NCBI GenBank assembly: GCA_029856435.1 | Contig: JAHQXB010000106.1 | Span: forward strand, 1-53,469 | Direction of reading: 5' to 3' | DNA length: 53,469 bases | Source: Candidatus Jordarchaeia archaeon | GTDB taxonomy: Archaea > Asgardarchaeota > Jordiarchaeia > Jordiarchaeales > Jordiarchaeaceae | The notes under the pieces: generated by a model | Databases searched by the model: none | What the model was told of the DNA's origin: nothing | Seen by the model: the letters and a program-made list of their open reading frames with translations, nothing else | In this document: one piece after another, positions 28,758 to 37,588 of the stretch | How positions within the stretch are numbered: the first letter of the stretch is position 1 | Layout of the letters: every line of letters begins with the position of its first letter | Made by a program: the position numbers and the translations under genes

Positions 28758-29162
28758 TTGAGCAAAAGAGAAACATCAGAAACCAGATTTATTCACTATT
28801 GTATCAATTGCGGTAAACAACTAAGTCAGGGACAGATAATTTTACGCTGTTCTAACTGTGGTTCAACCACGTTTAAACTTAAAATTCAAAAAGAAACAAA
28901 GGAAACCCACAACGATGAAAATAAAATAAAGCCCAATAAAAGTTTTTACACCCAAAAAATGGCTCAACCAGTGGCTGAAAATAATTTTAATGAGGACACA
29001 TTTTTTGAAAATAGTCTGGAAACCATTAGGGCCAAGGGTATTGGAATTTTTGAAATCGACATTAGCGGGTTAGCGGAGGGCAAGCCTTTAATACTTTCAG
29101 TGAATGAAGGACAGTACGAGATATCCCTTCAAAAACTTATGCGAAGGGTTAAAAAAAGGTGA
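28758..29162 (+). CDS. arvC: Zn-ribbon DUF2072 protein OapC/ArvC
   Basis: HYCINCG...CSNCGSTTF; C-terminal ETIR..G.FEIDI..L...GQYEISL. Confidence 0.85.
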   Translation: MSKRETSETRFIHYCINCGKQLSQGQIILRCSNCGSTTFKLKIQKETKETHNDENKIKPNKSFYTQKMAQPVAENNFNEDTFFENSLETIRAKGIGIFEIDISGLAEGKPLILSVNEGQYEISLQKLMRRVKKR

Positions 29163-29172
29163 CCAAAACCTT

Positions 29173-29751
29173 TTAAGAGAAATATTTATCCAGCTCCTTA
29201 TCTGCTTCAAGTAGAGAAAGCCAATTAATTCTTCCTGCTTTATACTCCTCTGGTTTTTCCTGTATTATTTCTCTTGCGATTGAAGCCGTCTCATCCTCAG
29301 ATAGGTTAGTTGTATCAATTTCATAAACCGTATCTTTTCCATAAGCTTCCAACGCATTAAAAGTACAAGAACCGAGAATTTCCGCTTGAACATTTTCACT
29401 AATTTTTTTCTCGCCCCAACCCTTAGACTCCATTCTCTTTACCAATATTTTGGGATGTGTCCTCAAAACGATTGCAACATCAACAAGATTAGAGGGAACA
29501 ATATCTGCATAGTGCCCCTCTACGATAACAACACCTTCGGATCTATCTATCAGTTCCACAATTCTAGGAATCAATCTATCTAAATCCGCAACCTTAGTAT
29601 CCCTATCAGTATCAATTTCACTAAAAAGCTCTTCAACTTCCACTAATTTGCTCAAGTTTATAACTTCCATTTTCAAATCGTTAGCCAATTTAGAGCTAAG
29701 CGTAGATTTGCCTGTACCTGGAGAACCAGAAATTATAATAGCTCTCCCCAA
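29173..29751 (-). CDS. Atypical adenylate kinase AK6/Fap7 (hCINAP) family
   Basis: GSPGTGKST, VEGHY, ENVQAEILG. Confidence 0.88.
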   Translation of the reverse strand: MGRAIIISGSPGTGKSTLSSKLANDLKMEVINLSKLVEVEELFSEIDTDRDTKVADLDRLIPRIVELIDRSEGVVIVEGHYADIVPSNLVDVAIVLRTHPKILVKRMESKGWGEKKISENVQAEILGSCTFNALEAYGKDTVYEIDTTNLSEDETASIAREIIQEKPEEYKAGRINWLSLLEADKELDKYFS

Positions 29752-30116
29752 ATCATCACCACCCCTAAAATTAGAACCACCACATAATTAAAAGACAACT
29801 TTTCAAAATATGTCTTTTTCCACTAAAAAGCCCATCGGGGACCTCAGTGATTCCCTTTGGGGAAGCTCATAATCTTTCTCAATGTATTTTTAAATTACCA
29901 CTTTTCTTAGAAGGGTTTAATTTTACTTATTTGGGTGCTTAGAATTTGCTCCTCTAAACCCGAATATATGTTGACTACTTTAGGGTGAATGTTTTTGCTC
30001 TGTTTCTGCAGCCAATTGCCTTGTTCTATAAAGTGTTAAAAAGGGGAGGGAGCCTTAGCTCACAAACTTCACAACAAAAGTTTCCTAGGACTGGAAGTGT
30101 TGTTTAAATATGTGGT

Positions 30117-30965
30117 CTAGTTATCCTTCTCGGTGATTCGGAATCTTTCAATTACTCCTTCCAAGAATTCGCAGGCGAGTCCAACTTCCTTTATTTTGGT
30201 TTCCAGTTCCTTCTTTTGGGTTTGATATTCTTTTACAGGAACTTCGCCTATTTTCATTTTGGCTGTGAGCATTTCTTCTTGGTCTAGTAGCTCCTGCTTT
30301 TCTGCTTCAAGTGAAACTAGCCACTTTTCCATTTGCTTTATGCCTTCTGCTAGTTTTTTCTCTGCCTCTTTTAATTTTGCTTCGTACTCTGAAACCAGCT
30401 TTTGATATATTGCCTCTCTGATCTCCCCTTTTATTAGTAACTCCTCCAGTTTCTTTTTTCTTTCAATTTGTGTCTCTTTTTCTGCTAAGAGTACCTCCAC
30501 ATTTAGTGGTTCTGCCGCGCCCATTTCCTGCAAAGTTTTCCTAATTTCGCTAATCTCCTCTCTTAAGGGCTCAGATCTCTTTTCTAACTCCTCCTCTGTG
30601 ATTTCCCCTACTATTTGCCTTGTTTTTAGGGTTTCGTAATCCCTGTTTAGCTTTCTCAAACGGGTTTCAACAAGGTAGGTTTTGCCTCTCTCTATGAGGT
30701 TCCTTTTAATATCTTCAGGAATCTTCTCAATCTCAGCAGTTCTCTCCACAACCTTGGCTTCTGTTCTTTTTGGAGGCAAGGCTTCTATTTCCTCTTCAGC
30801 CTCTAAAGCTGTCTCTTCTGGTTCTTCTACCTTTACTTTTATAGTTATTGGTTTTTTGGCTTTCTCTTTTTCCTGTTTTAGAGGTAGTCCGCAGTATTTA
30901 CAGTAAGAAAACCAATTCTCTGTTTTTTGACCGCAACGCGGGCAGATAGGCAAAACTATCACCAC
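30117..30965 (-). CDS. Zn-ribbon plus CdvA-like coiled-coil protein
   Basis: CPRC/CKYC N-terminus; three GE[IV]xxxx[LY] helical repeats in an E/K-rich coiled coil. Confidence 0.65.
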   Translation of the reverse strand: MVIVLPICPRCGQKTENWFSYCKYCGLPLKQEKEKAKKPITIKVKVEEPEETALEAEEEIEALPPKRTEAKVVERTAEIEKIPEDIKRNLIERGKTYLVETRLRKLNRDYETLKTRQIVGEITEEELEKRSEPLREEISEIRKTLQEMGAAEPLNVEVLLAEKETQIERKKKLEELLIKGEIREAIYQKLVSEYEAKLKEAEKKLAEGIKQMEKWLVSLEAEKQELLDQEEMLTAKMKIGEVPVKEYQTQKKELETKIKEVGLACEFLEGVIERFRITEKDN

Positions 30966-31134
30966 TTTGATTTCTGTAAATAACTCTGATTAGAATTACT
31001 CTCCTAGTATTATTATTTGTGTTGATTAAGGCATCAAAAACTTGAAGAGATTGAGGTTTTAATATGGATTCTAACCATGAAAAAGATTTCCTAGAAAAGT
31101 TATTATTCTAATTTTCCCAGTTTACCCTTTTAGT

Positions 31135-31800
31135 TTATCCTATAGTGCCTTCATCTTTGTGTTCTTGGGGAATTTCTTTATTCTCTGTAAGTGGGGATTT
31201 TTCTTCCTGGTTTTCGGTTTCAAATTTTGCAATCCTCGAGATTTTATGACTTGCTTCTGAGGTGATCTTCTTGGAAAACTCGGTAAGATACATTATGTAT
31301 GCTTTAATGTTTTCAATTTCTTTGTTCAGGTTTTCTATGGCGGCTTCCCTGTTTTTCTTCAAGGATTGTCTCCACGTTTTATTGGTGAAGTAGTGATAAA
31401 TCAGATACGCGCCAAGGAAGTAAAAGGCGAATATTACACCGTATATTCCCGTCGCTGGAACCATAGAGTACCCTGTAAATAACTCGTTTTGGATTAAAAG
31501 AAAACGCAGTCCAATTGCAGTTATAAAACCAATAATTAACGTTACCATAAATATTATGGAAATGGTTCTTAGTCTCTCTCCCTCTTGGGTTTTTTCAAAG
31601 AATTTTCTAAAATTTTCTATGCTTGTTTTTACATTAGTACTGGAAAACTTTTCCCAAACTTCCTTATAGCTCCGCGAGAAACGCTCTATGTGTTCTTGAA
31701 GCTGCGACTCAAACTCGTGCCTAAAATCAAAATCCAGAAGGGAATTGAATTTTTCTATTAGTTCCTTCCAATCAGGCTTCTTTTTACTATCCGATGACAA
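31135..31800 (-). CDS. Hypothetical two-TM protein with flanking coiled coils
   Basis: Central TM hairpin; charged helical N- and C-terminal regions. Confidence 0.7.
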   Translation of the reverse strand: MSSDSKKKPDWKELIEKFNSLLDFDFRHEFESQLQEHIERFSRSYKEVWEKFSSTNVKTSIENFRKFFEKTQEGERLRTISIIFMVTLIIGFITAIGLRFLLIQNELFTGYSMVPATGIYGVIFAFYFLGAYLIYHYFTNKTWRQSLKKNREAAIENLNKEIENIKAYIMYLTEFSKKITSEASHKISRIAKFETENQEEKSPLTENKEIPQEHKDEGTIG

Positions 31801-31967
31801 ATTAGCACCTCTCCATTTATCTTGGCGCTTCTTTAAACTATAAACTTTTTTATTTAAAACTTCTAAATTCTAAAAATTGGAAGCGTTTTTCACTGCTTCT
31901 AACTAGATTATTACTTCTGAGAATCTGAAATAATTTTACGAAATTGGTTTTTCTAAAAATCGGGTAG

Positions 31968-32738
31968 GTGATATTTTTGTTAGTTGACGTCCACTGCCAT
32001 GTCGATCTGTATCCTGATTTGGAGGATGTAATCACACGTGCAAAACGATTTGGAGTGAAAGGAATAGTAGCTGTTTCAATGGATATCAAATCTATGGAAG
32101 AAATCCTAAAAATCCAAAACCAATACTCCAACTACATTTTCGCAAGCTTGGGTTTACATCCAGAAGCGTGTAGCAAAATTTCCGAAAAGGATTTAATAAA
32201 AGCTTTAGACTTGATAAAAAATAATTCGGAAAAATTGGTGGCTGTGGGAGAGATTGGTTTAGATCACTACTTTGTTAAAAACAGGGAGTTTTACCCTTGG
32301 CAGGAAAAAATTTTTAGAGAAATGCTTGACCTTTCCCAAAAACTTGGTCTTCCCATAATCCTCCACACTAAGGGGGCTGAAAAAGTTGTTTTTAAAATTC
32401 TTGGAGAATATGATTTTAAAGCTGTGCTAATTCACTGGTACACTGGTCCTAGAGATTTAATAGAGATTGGTATAAAAAGGGGTTACTACTTTTCAATTAC
32501 ACCTGCCATAGCTTATTCTAAAAAGGTACAATATTTGGCTGAAAGAGTAAGCTTAGAATACCTTTTGACCGAATCTGACGGCCCAGTGGAGTATAATAAG
32601 ATAAGAGGTGAGCCCAAAGATTGCTTGGCCATCGTGAAGAAAATAGCTGAAATTAAGGGACACGGTGAGGATAGAATTAAAAATAAGTTGTTTGAGAATG
32701 CTATTTCTCTTTTTAACTTAAAAACCCAAATTTCCTAA
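31968..32738 (+). CDS. tatD: TatD-family nuclease
   Basis: DVHCH, GLHP, VGEIGLDH, LHT, HWY, TESDGP. Confidence 0.92.
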   Translation: MIFLLVDVHCHVDLYPDLEDVITRAKRFGVKGIVAVSMDIKSMEEILKIQNQYSNYIFASLGLHPEACSKISEKDLIKALDLIKNNSEKLVAVGEIGLDHYFVKNREFYPWQEKIFREMLDLSQKLGLPIILHTKGAEKVVFKILGEYDFKAVLIHWYTGPRDLIEIGIKRGYYFSITPAIAYSKKVQYLAERVSLEYLLTESDGPVEYNKIRGEPKDCLAIVKKIAEIKGHGEDRIKNKLFENAISLFNLKTQIS

Positions 32739-32918
32739 AAAGCCACGAGACTTGTATTTCAAGAGCTTCTAATATTTTAGTATGTAGAGAACTTTTGAAT
32801 TATTTTATTCCTTTTTTGAAAAAAGTCTCTTTAAAGAGGAGCTATAAACCATAGATGATACTCACGGTTTGGTTCAAAAATTTCAGCAGTATTTGGGATG
32901 TCATTGTCACATTTGCTT

Positions 32919-33803
32919 TTAATTTTCAGAGTTTATTCTCACTATATCTTTATCTAAGGTGATGAACTTATATTCTTTTAGTTCCTGCAGGATTGTTTCT
33001 GTCTGACTAGAATCAAGGTTTAGCGCCTTTGACAAGTTCTCCACGCTAATGCTTCCCAAACGTTGAAGTATAAATAGAGTTTTAAATTTAGGGTCTTCTC
33101 CTAAGAAGGCTTTCAATTTTTGCCACAAAATTTCCCAGAGCCTTATCTGATTATGTAAATACTTAATATCTTCTTCTCCATACTCTTCACTCATTGTCCA
33201 ATTTTCAAGGAATGGGGGCATATTTTGTTGCTCTAAAATTTCTAATCGACCTTTGAGAGTTTTGATTTCTTCTTCTCTCTCTTTTAACTCCTTATCACGA
33301 GTCTTTATTTCTAGAATCAATTGATCAATTCTTTTTTGGAAATCTTCTTTTAAATGAGAGGCCACGCTTTTAGGCTCTGTGGGAAAAGCATTGATTCTGT
33401 CTGATGTTTTCGTTTTTTCTAAATTACCCTCTCCTTCTACATCTATTCCATGCTGGTGGTCTTGTAATTCCTCAGAGCTATCATAATTTCTAAATTTTTC
33501 TTTTGGACTATCCTCAGCTTGGGTTTTGAGAGATTTATCAGGTAGGTTAGTTGAAAAACATTTTTGGATTTCTTCCATGTTTCTTATTACTGCTTCATCA
33601 AAAGCCTGCTTTATTATTGCATCTATGCCCTTCATAGGGAGCTTGTTTTTCACAGAGTTTATGATGCTCTCTCGGAGGTGGGAGAACTGGTTTATTATTT
33701 TTAGTTGCTCTGAACTAAGTTTGCTGGAGTTACTGATTGATTTATAAGTGCTTGGCTCCTTTTCTACTGTTTTGCCTTTTCTGTCAGAGTTTTTCAATCC
33801 CAA
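32919..33803 (-). CDS. Hypothetical coiled-coil protein with a C-terminal winged helix
   Basis: Heptad-rich middle region; wHTH-like C-terminus DPKFKTLFIL...SVENLSKALNL...ILQELKEYKFITL. Confidence 0.65.
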   Translation of the reverse strand: MGLKNSDRKGKTVEKEPSTYKSISNSSKLSSEQLKIINQFSHLRESIINSVKNKLPMKGIDAIIKQAFDEAVIRNMEEIQKCFSTNLPDKSLKTQAEDSPKEKFRNYDSSEELQDHQHGIDVEGEGNLEKTKTSDRINAFPTEPKSVASHLKEDFQKRIDQLILEIKTRDKELKEREEEIKTLKGRLEILEQQNMPPFLENWTMSEEYGEEDIKYLHNQIRLWEILWQKLKAFLGEDPKFKTLFILQRLGSISVENLSKALNLDSSQTETILQELKEYKFITLDKDIVRINSEN

Positions 33804-33985
33804 GTTCCATGCCTCGATGTCTTTTTCGATGATATATTATCCTATTAAATCTTTTTTAATTTTTCCAGAAAAATTATGTGACAATCGCAAATTTTTGTCA
33901 TTTTATTGTTAATTTTTCAAAGAATATCTATAAAAAGAACAAAAGTAATATATTTTATCATACTCCTTGCTAGGAGGGGTAGAAA

Positions 33986-34972
33986 ATGAGTACTAGAGAG
34001 CGACTAAATAAGTTAAGAAGCGAGATTGATGAGTTGTTGAATGAGGTTGAAAAAACTACTGAATTCAAGGTGGTTCTAGAGAGGATTCAACAACTGGAAA
34101 CAAAGATGGATAAAATCGATGAAATAGAAGAGCGACTAAAAAGCAGACCTGTGACTGAAACAGTGGTAGAAACAGAAAATATTTTAGGAAAAATAGGCGA
34201 TTTGGATTCCAAAATTATGGGAATAAGAGAAGATATTTCTATACTTAAAAAAGAAGTTAAAGAAGAAATCAAATCTCTTCGAGCACAAGTAGCGAATATA
34301 ATTGAAGCAATAATAGATCTCGTGAAAACCGTAGCCCCCGAAATCGTAAAGCCCGAAACAGGCCCCCTTACAAAAACCCAAGAAAAAATTCCAGAAGAAA
34401 AACCTTTACCTGAAACCTGGGAACACCAACAACCTCTATTAGAAAAACCTGAGGAAGCCATTCTAACTGAAAAGGTTCCCCAAACTGCAGAAATGATAGA
34501 AATCGAATCTCCACCTGTGGAGCAACCTAGAGAATCCCCAACATTCTTGACTCGCCTCAAAGAGGAAGAACTTCCAGAAAAAATTGAGGAAGCGCCTACC
34601 AAAAAAGAGTTTGCAGAGTTTAGCGAAGCAGAAGGTTTAAGTGTAAAGGAGGGGCTGGAAAAGCCCGAGTCAGACCTTGATAGCTTACTAACAGAGGAGG
34701 ATAAAAAACTACTAAGAAATCTTGGACTAGACATGTTAGATTACGTAAAGGGAAAAAAAGTAAAACTTTCAAGTGAGGATAGGGCCCCCGCCTATGTTCA
34801 ACTAACAAACTTGGAGACAAAAAAGCTGAAACTTGAGAGAGAAATAAGTGATCTTAAAACCATGATTAAGGCGGGCTTCGGGTCACCAGAAGATGAAAAA
34901 AGATTAAACGATAAAATTAGAGAAAAAGAAGAAATTGAGAAACAAATTAGAGATATAGAGAATAGTCTTTGA
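33986..34972 (+). CDS. Hypothetical acidic coiled-coil protein
   Basis: N- and C-terminal coiled coils separated by an E/P-rich disordered linker. Confidence 0.7.
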   Translation: MSTRERLNKLRSEIDELLNEVEKTTEFKVVLERIQQLETKMDKIDEIEERLKSRPVTETVVETENILGKIGDLDSKIMGIREDISILKKEVKEEIKSLRAQVANIIEAIIDLVKTVAPEIVKPETGPLTKTQEKIPEEKPLPETWEHQQPLLEKPEEAILTEKVPQTAEMIEIESPPVEQPRESPTFLTRLKEEELPEKIEEAPTKKEFAEFSEAEGLSVKEGLEKPESDLDSLLTEEDKKLLRNLGLDMLDYVKGKKVKLSSEDRAPAYVQLTNLETKKLKLEREISDLKTMIKAGFGSPEDEKRLNDKIREKEEIEKQIRDIENSL

Positions 34973-35179
34973 TTCTAGTAGAAAAAAGAGTTTGCTCTTT
35001 CTAAAAACTCTACATTTTGGATTATTGACATTACTATCTAAAAAGCGTTTATACAACCTCCTACCTACTCACTCTAGTTAAGTAGTAAATCTAATACGAT
35101 AATATGCGGGGAATTTCTAAAAACAAGAGGATAGTAGTTTACTTTCTGAAATTTTTCCAAACTTCGCTGTTTCAGAAAA

Positions 35180-36166
35180 TTAGATTTTTTTGTTTTCTAT
35201 CTCTTCCAGAGGTAGAACTTGCCGCACGGGGTGAACTACTATTCCTTGGGCTAATTTTCTTAGAATCGGTATTAGTTTAATTAAGTCCTCCTTAGCTATT
35301 ACAGTATTTAATGCGAACCATCCTTCAGCTCCTGCTAGCGGTGATATGGTTGGGCGTTTAAGAGCCGGTAGCTGCTCTAGAAGTGCCTCAATGTTTTCTT
35401 CTTTGACGTTCATGAAGATATGTAGCTTTTTCCTAGCTTCTACCGCGCCTAAAATGAGGGTCATGACATCTCGGATTTTTTCTTCTTTCCATTTTTCCTT
35501 AAGGGTCTTTTTGTTTGCTATGAGTACCGCTTGTGACTGGTATAATACTTCAATTATTTTTAATTCGTTGCTCTTTAGAGTGGTTCCCGTTTCGGTGTTG
35601 TCGACTATGGCATCGGCGTCTTCGGGAGGTTTTGCTTCAGTAGCGCCAAAGGAGAGCATAATTTTAACATTTGGGTTTTGTCCATAGCGGGACCAAGGGG
35701 TTATTACTTCTGGGGTTTTGTTTCCGTAGTGTTTTTGATACTCTTTATTTTCCATTATGTATCTTGAGGAAATGTTTATATACTCTGTTGCAATTCGAAT
35801 AGGTTTCCCGTTGCTACTGAATTCTCTTATTAGTTCGGATAGGTTGTTTATCTTTTCCCAAGAATTTGGCACTGCCATTACTATACTAACTTTACCGTAA
35901 TCTAATTCTGAGAGTATTTTTACGTCGGCGCCTGTTTCATCAACCCAGTCTTTTCCTGCTATTCCTAGTTCATGTGCTCCCTCTTGAATTAGGGTTGGTA
36001 TCTCTTGGGGTCTAAGTAGTTTAAGGCTAATTTCTGGATCGTTTATCCAAGGGCGGTAGGAGCGTTCTACAGCTTTAATACTATATCCTGCTTGTTCGAG
36101 AAGTTGTAGTGTGGCATCTTGTAGCGATCCTTTCGGGATAACGAATTTTAGTTTGGGTGCATTCAT
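35180..36166 (-). CDS. hisG: ATP phosphoribosyltransferase, long form
   Basis: PKGSL, RPQEIP, GKDW, ATEY, GATEAKPP, ETGTTL, C-terminal regulatory domain with PTISPL. Confidence 0.93.
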   Translation of the reverse strand: MNAPKLKFVIPKGSLQDATLQLLEQAGYSIKAVERSYRPWINDPEISLKLLRPQEIPTLIQEGAHELGIAGKDWVDETGADVKILSELDYGKVSIVMAVPNSWEKINNLSELIREFSSNGKPIRIATEYINISSRYIMENKEYQKHYGNKTPEVITPWSRYGQNPNVKIMLSFGATEAKPPEDADAIVDNTETGTTLKSNELKIIEVLYQSQAVLIANKKTLKEKWKEEKIRDVMTLILGAVEARKKLHIFMNVKEENIEALLEQLPALKRPTISPLAGAEGWFALNTVIAKEDLIKLIPILRKLAQGIVVHPVRQVLPLEEIENKKI

Positions 36167-36297
36167 TTAATCTCACCTGGGCCGCTGGAAAACTTTTAGA
36201 TTTACTTATATATCAGAATAAATAAAAATGCTTGCTATAAGTGACTTTAAATTTATTTTTTAGCCTTGAGATTCTTGCAGAGTAATATTAATATCGT

Positions 36298-37299
36298 GTG
36301 TGGCTCAATAGATTTGAGAATATGATATTTAATAACGTTTCTTCGGTGTTGCCTTTGTCTAGAGGAATCAAGTTAGCTGAGAGTTGCGGTATTTACATAT
36401 ATTCTGTGGGTAGATTTGAGTATTTCTCCCTATTTAATTCTCCTTACTATGCTCATAATCATGGGGTTGCCATGGATCTTTACCTCGGCCCTGGAAATTT
36501 TGGAATTGAAGCTCCATGTCCAACTCCGGGAAGGGTAATCAGCATTCGGAAGGTTAGAGCGCCGACACGTAAAAATTTCGCAGCCGAAGAAACTGATTAT
36601 TTAATAATTCTTAAGAGCGAAGAAAACCCAAAATATTTAATCAAAATACTGCACATTAATCCCAAAGTAAAAATTGGTGATAGATTAGATGCGGGGGACT
36701 GTTTGGGAACATCAATTAGGAGCGGATTTTTTAATTTCTGGACAGACCCACATATTCATTTGGAAATAAGAGATCCTGAAGACCCTATAAGGGCGAGAGG
36801 ATCCCATCCTATACGTCTTCTGTCCCTAGAAAAGAAGGGATTAGTCCAGTCGAATAAAATTTTTGAGTGTAAGGTGGTAGATGTTCAAACAGATTACACT
36901 CTAGTGGAGCCCAATTCGAGTGTTATCCTTAAAATGGGAAATTTCAGTGGGTTTGTTGTATGCATCGGTGGGTGGCTGGGAATTCTTGACTGTGGATTGC
37001 CCCACTATGGTTTTGGAGGGGTTTTCTTAGAAGAGAATGATTTTGACCTAGGTCAAAAGGTTTTCATAGGAGATCTCCAAATTGGTAGTGTGGTTGAGAA
37101 ACAGCAAAACATTGGTGTGGTTAAACTTAACCCTCTTTCTATAAGTTTTGAAGGGAATGAATTGAGAGGGCTTTCCCTTTACATAAATTTAAAATCCCCG
37201 CTCATTAAACTCGTGCCTCCAAGAAGAGAGAAATTAGACCTTTGCGAAGGCGAAAAAATTTCGATAGTTATTGAACCTAAGGAGGGAGAAAAAAGGTAA
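36298..37299 (+). CDS. Hypothetical protein with an M23-peptidase-like metal site
   Basis: AHNHGVAMDLY and DPHIHLEIR motifs; VKIGDRLDAGDCLG hybrid-motif segment. Confidence 0.6.
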   Translation: MWLNRFENMIFNNVSSVLPLSRGIKLAESCGIYIYSVGRFEYFSLFNSPYYAHNHGVAMDLYLGPGNFGIEAPCPTPGRVISIRKVRAPTRKNFAAEETDYLIILKSEENPKYLIKILHINPKVKIGDRLDAGDCLGTSIRSGFFNFWTDPHIHLEIRDPEDPIRARGSHPIRLLSLEKKGLVQSNKIFECKVVDVQTDYTLVEPNSSVILKMGNFSGFVVCIGGWLGILDCGLPHYGFGGVFLEENDFDLGQKVFIGDLQIGSVVEKQQNIGVVKLNPLSISFEGNELRGLSLYINLKSPLIKLVPPRREKLDLCEGEKISIVIEPKEGEKR

Positions 37300-37571
37300 T
37301 GGGAAGTGCGGAGTTAAAAGTTCCAGAAGGGAAGTTGGTGGAAGCTATAGTGAAAATATCCCAAGGAAAAATTAAAGAGATACGCATAACTGGAGACTTT
37401 TATATGCATCCCGAGGAGCAAATCGAAAAACTGGAGAAAGCCCTTATAGGGGTACCCGTTGAAAAAGTAAATGAGGCCATTACTAAGTTTTTTAAGAAGA
37501 AGCGAATAACTCTGGTGGGTGTCAGGCCTGAAGACTTCGCCAAAGTAATCTTAATGGCTTCTCGCAAATAG
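37299..37571 (+). CDS. Lipoate-protein ligase C-terminal (LplB-like) domain protein
   Basis: KVPEGKLV, ITGDFYMHPEE.IE.LE.AL.G; coupled to the upstream gene by a TAATG overlap. Confidence 0.8.
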   Translation: MGSAELKVPEGKLVEAIVKISQGKIKEIRITGDFYMHPEEQIEKLEKALIGVPVEKVNEAITKFFKKKRITLVGVRPEDFAKVILMASRK

Positions 37572-37588
37572 GTTTAAACCGCTTTAGA

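Noticed and set aside
29826-29865. Hairpin as a possible SECIS or ncRNA
   Set aside because: Weak stem, no SECIS consensus, and no in-frame UGA selenoprotein candidate nearby.
34087-34734. 215-aa Ser-rich minus-strand ORF
   Set aside because: Antisense of the Glu-rich 33986-34972 gene (GAA codons read as TTC/TCx).
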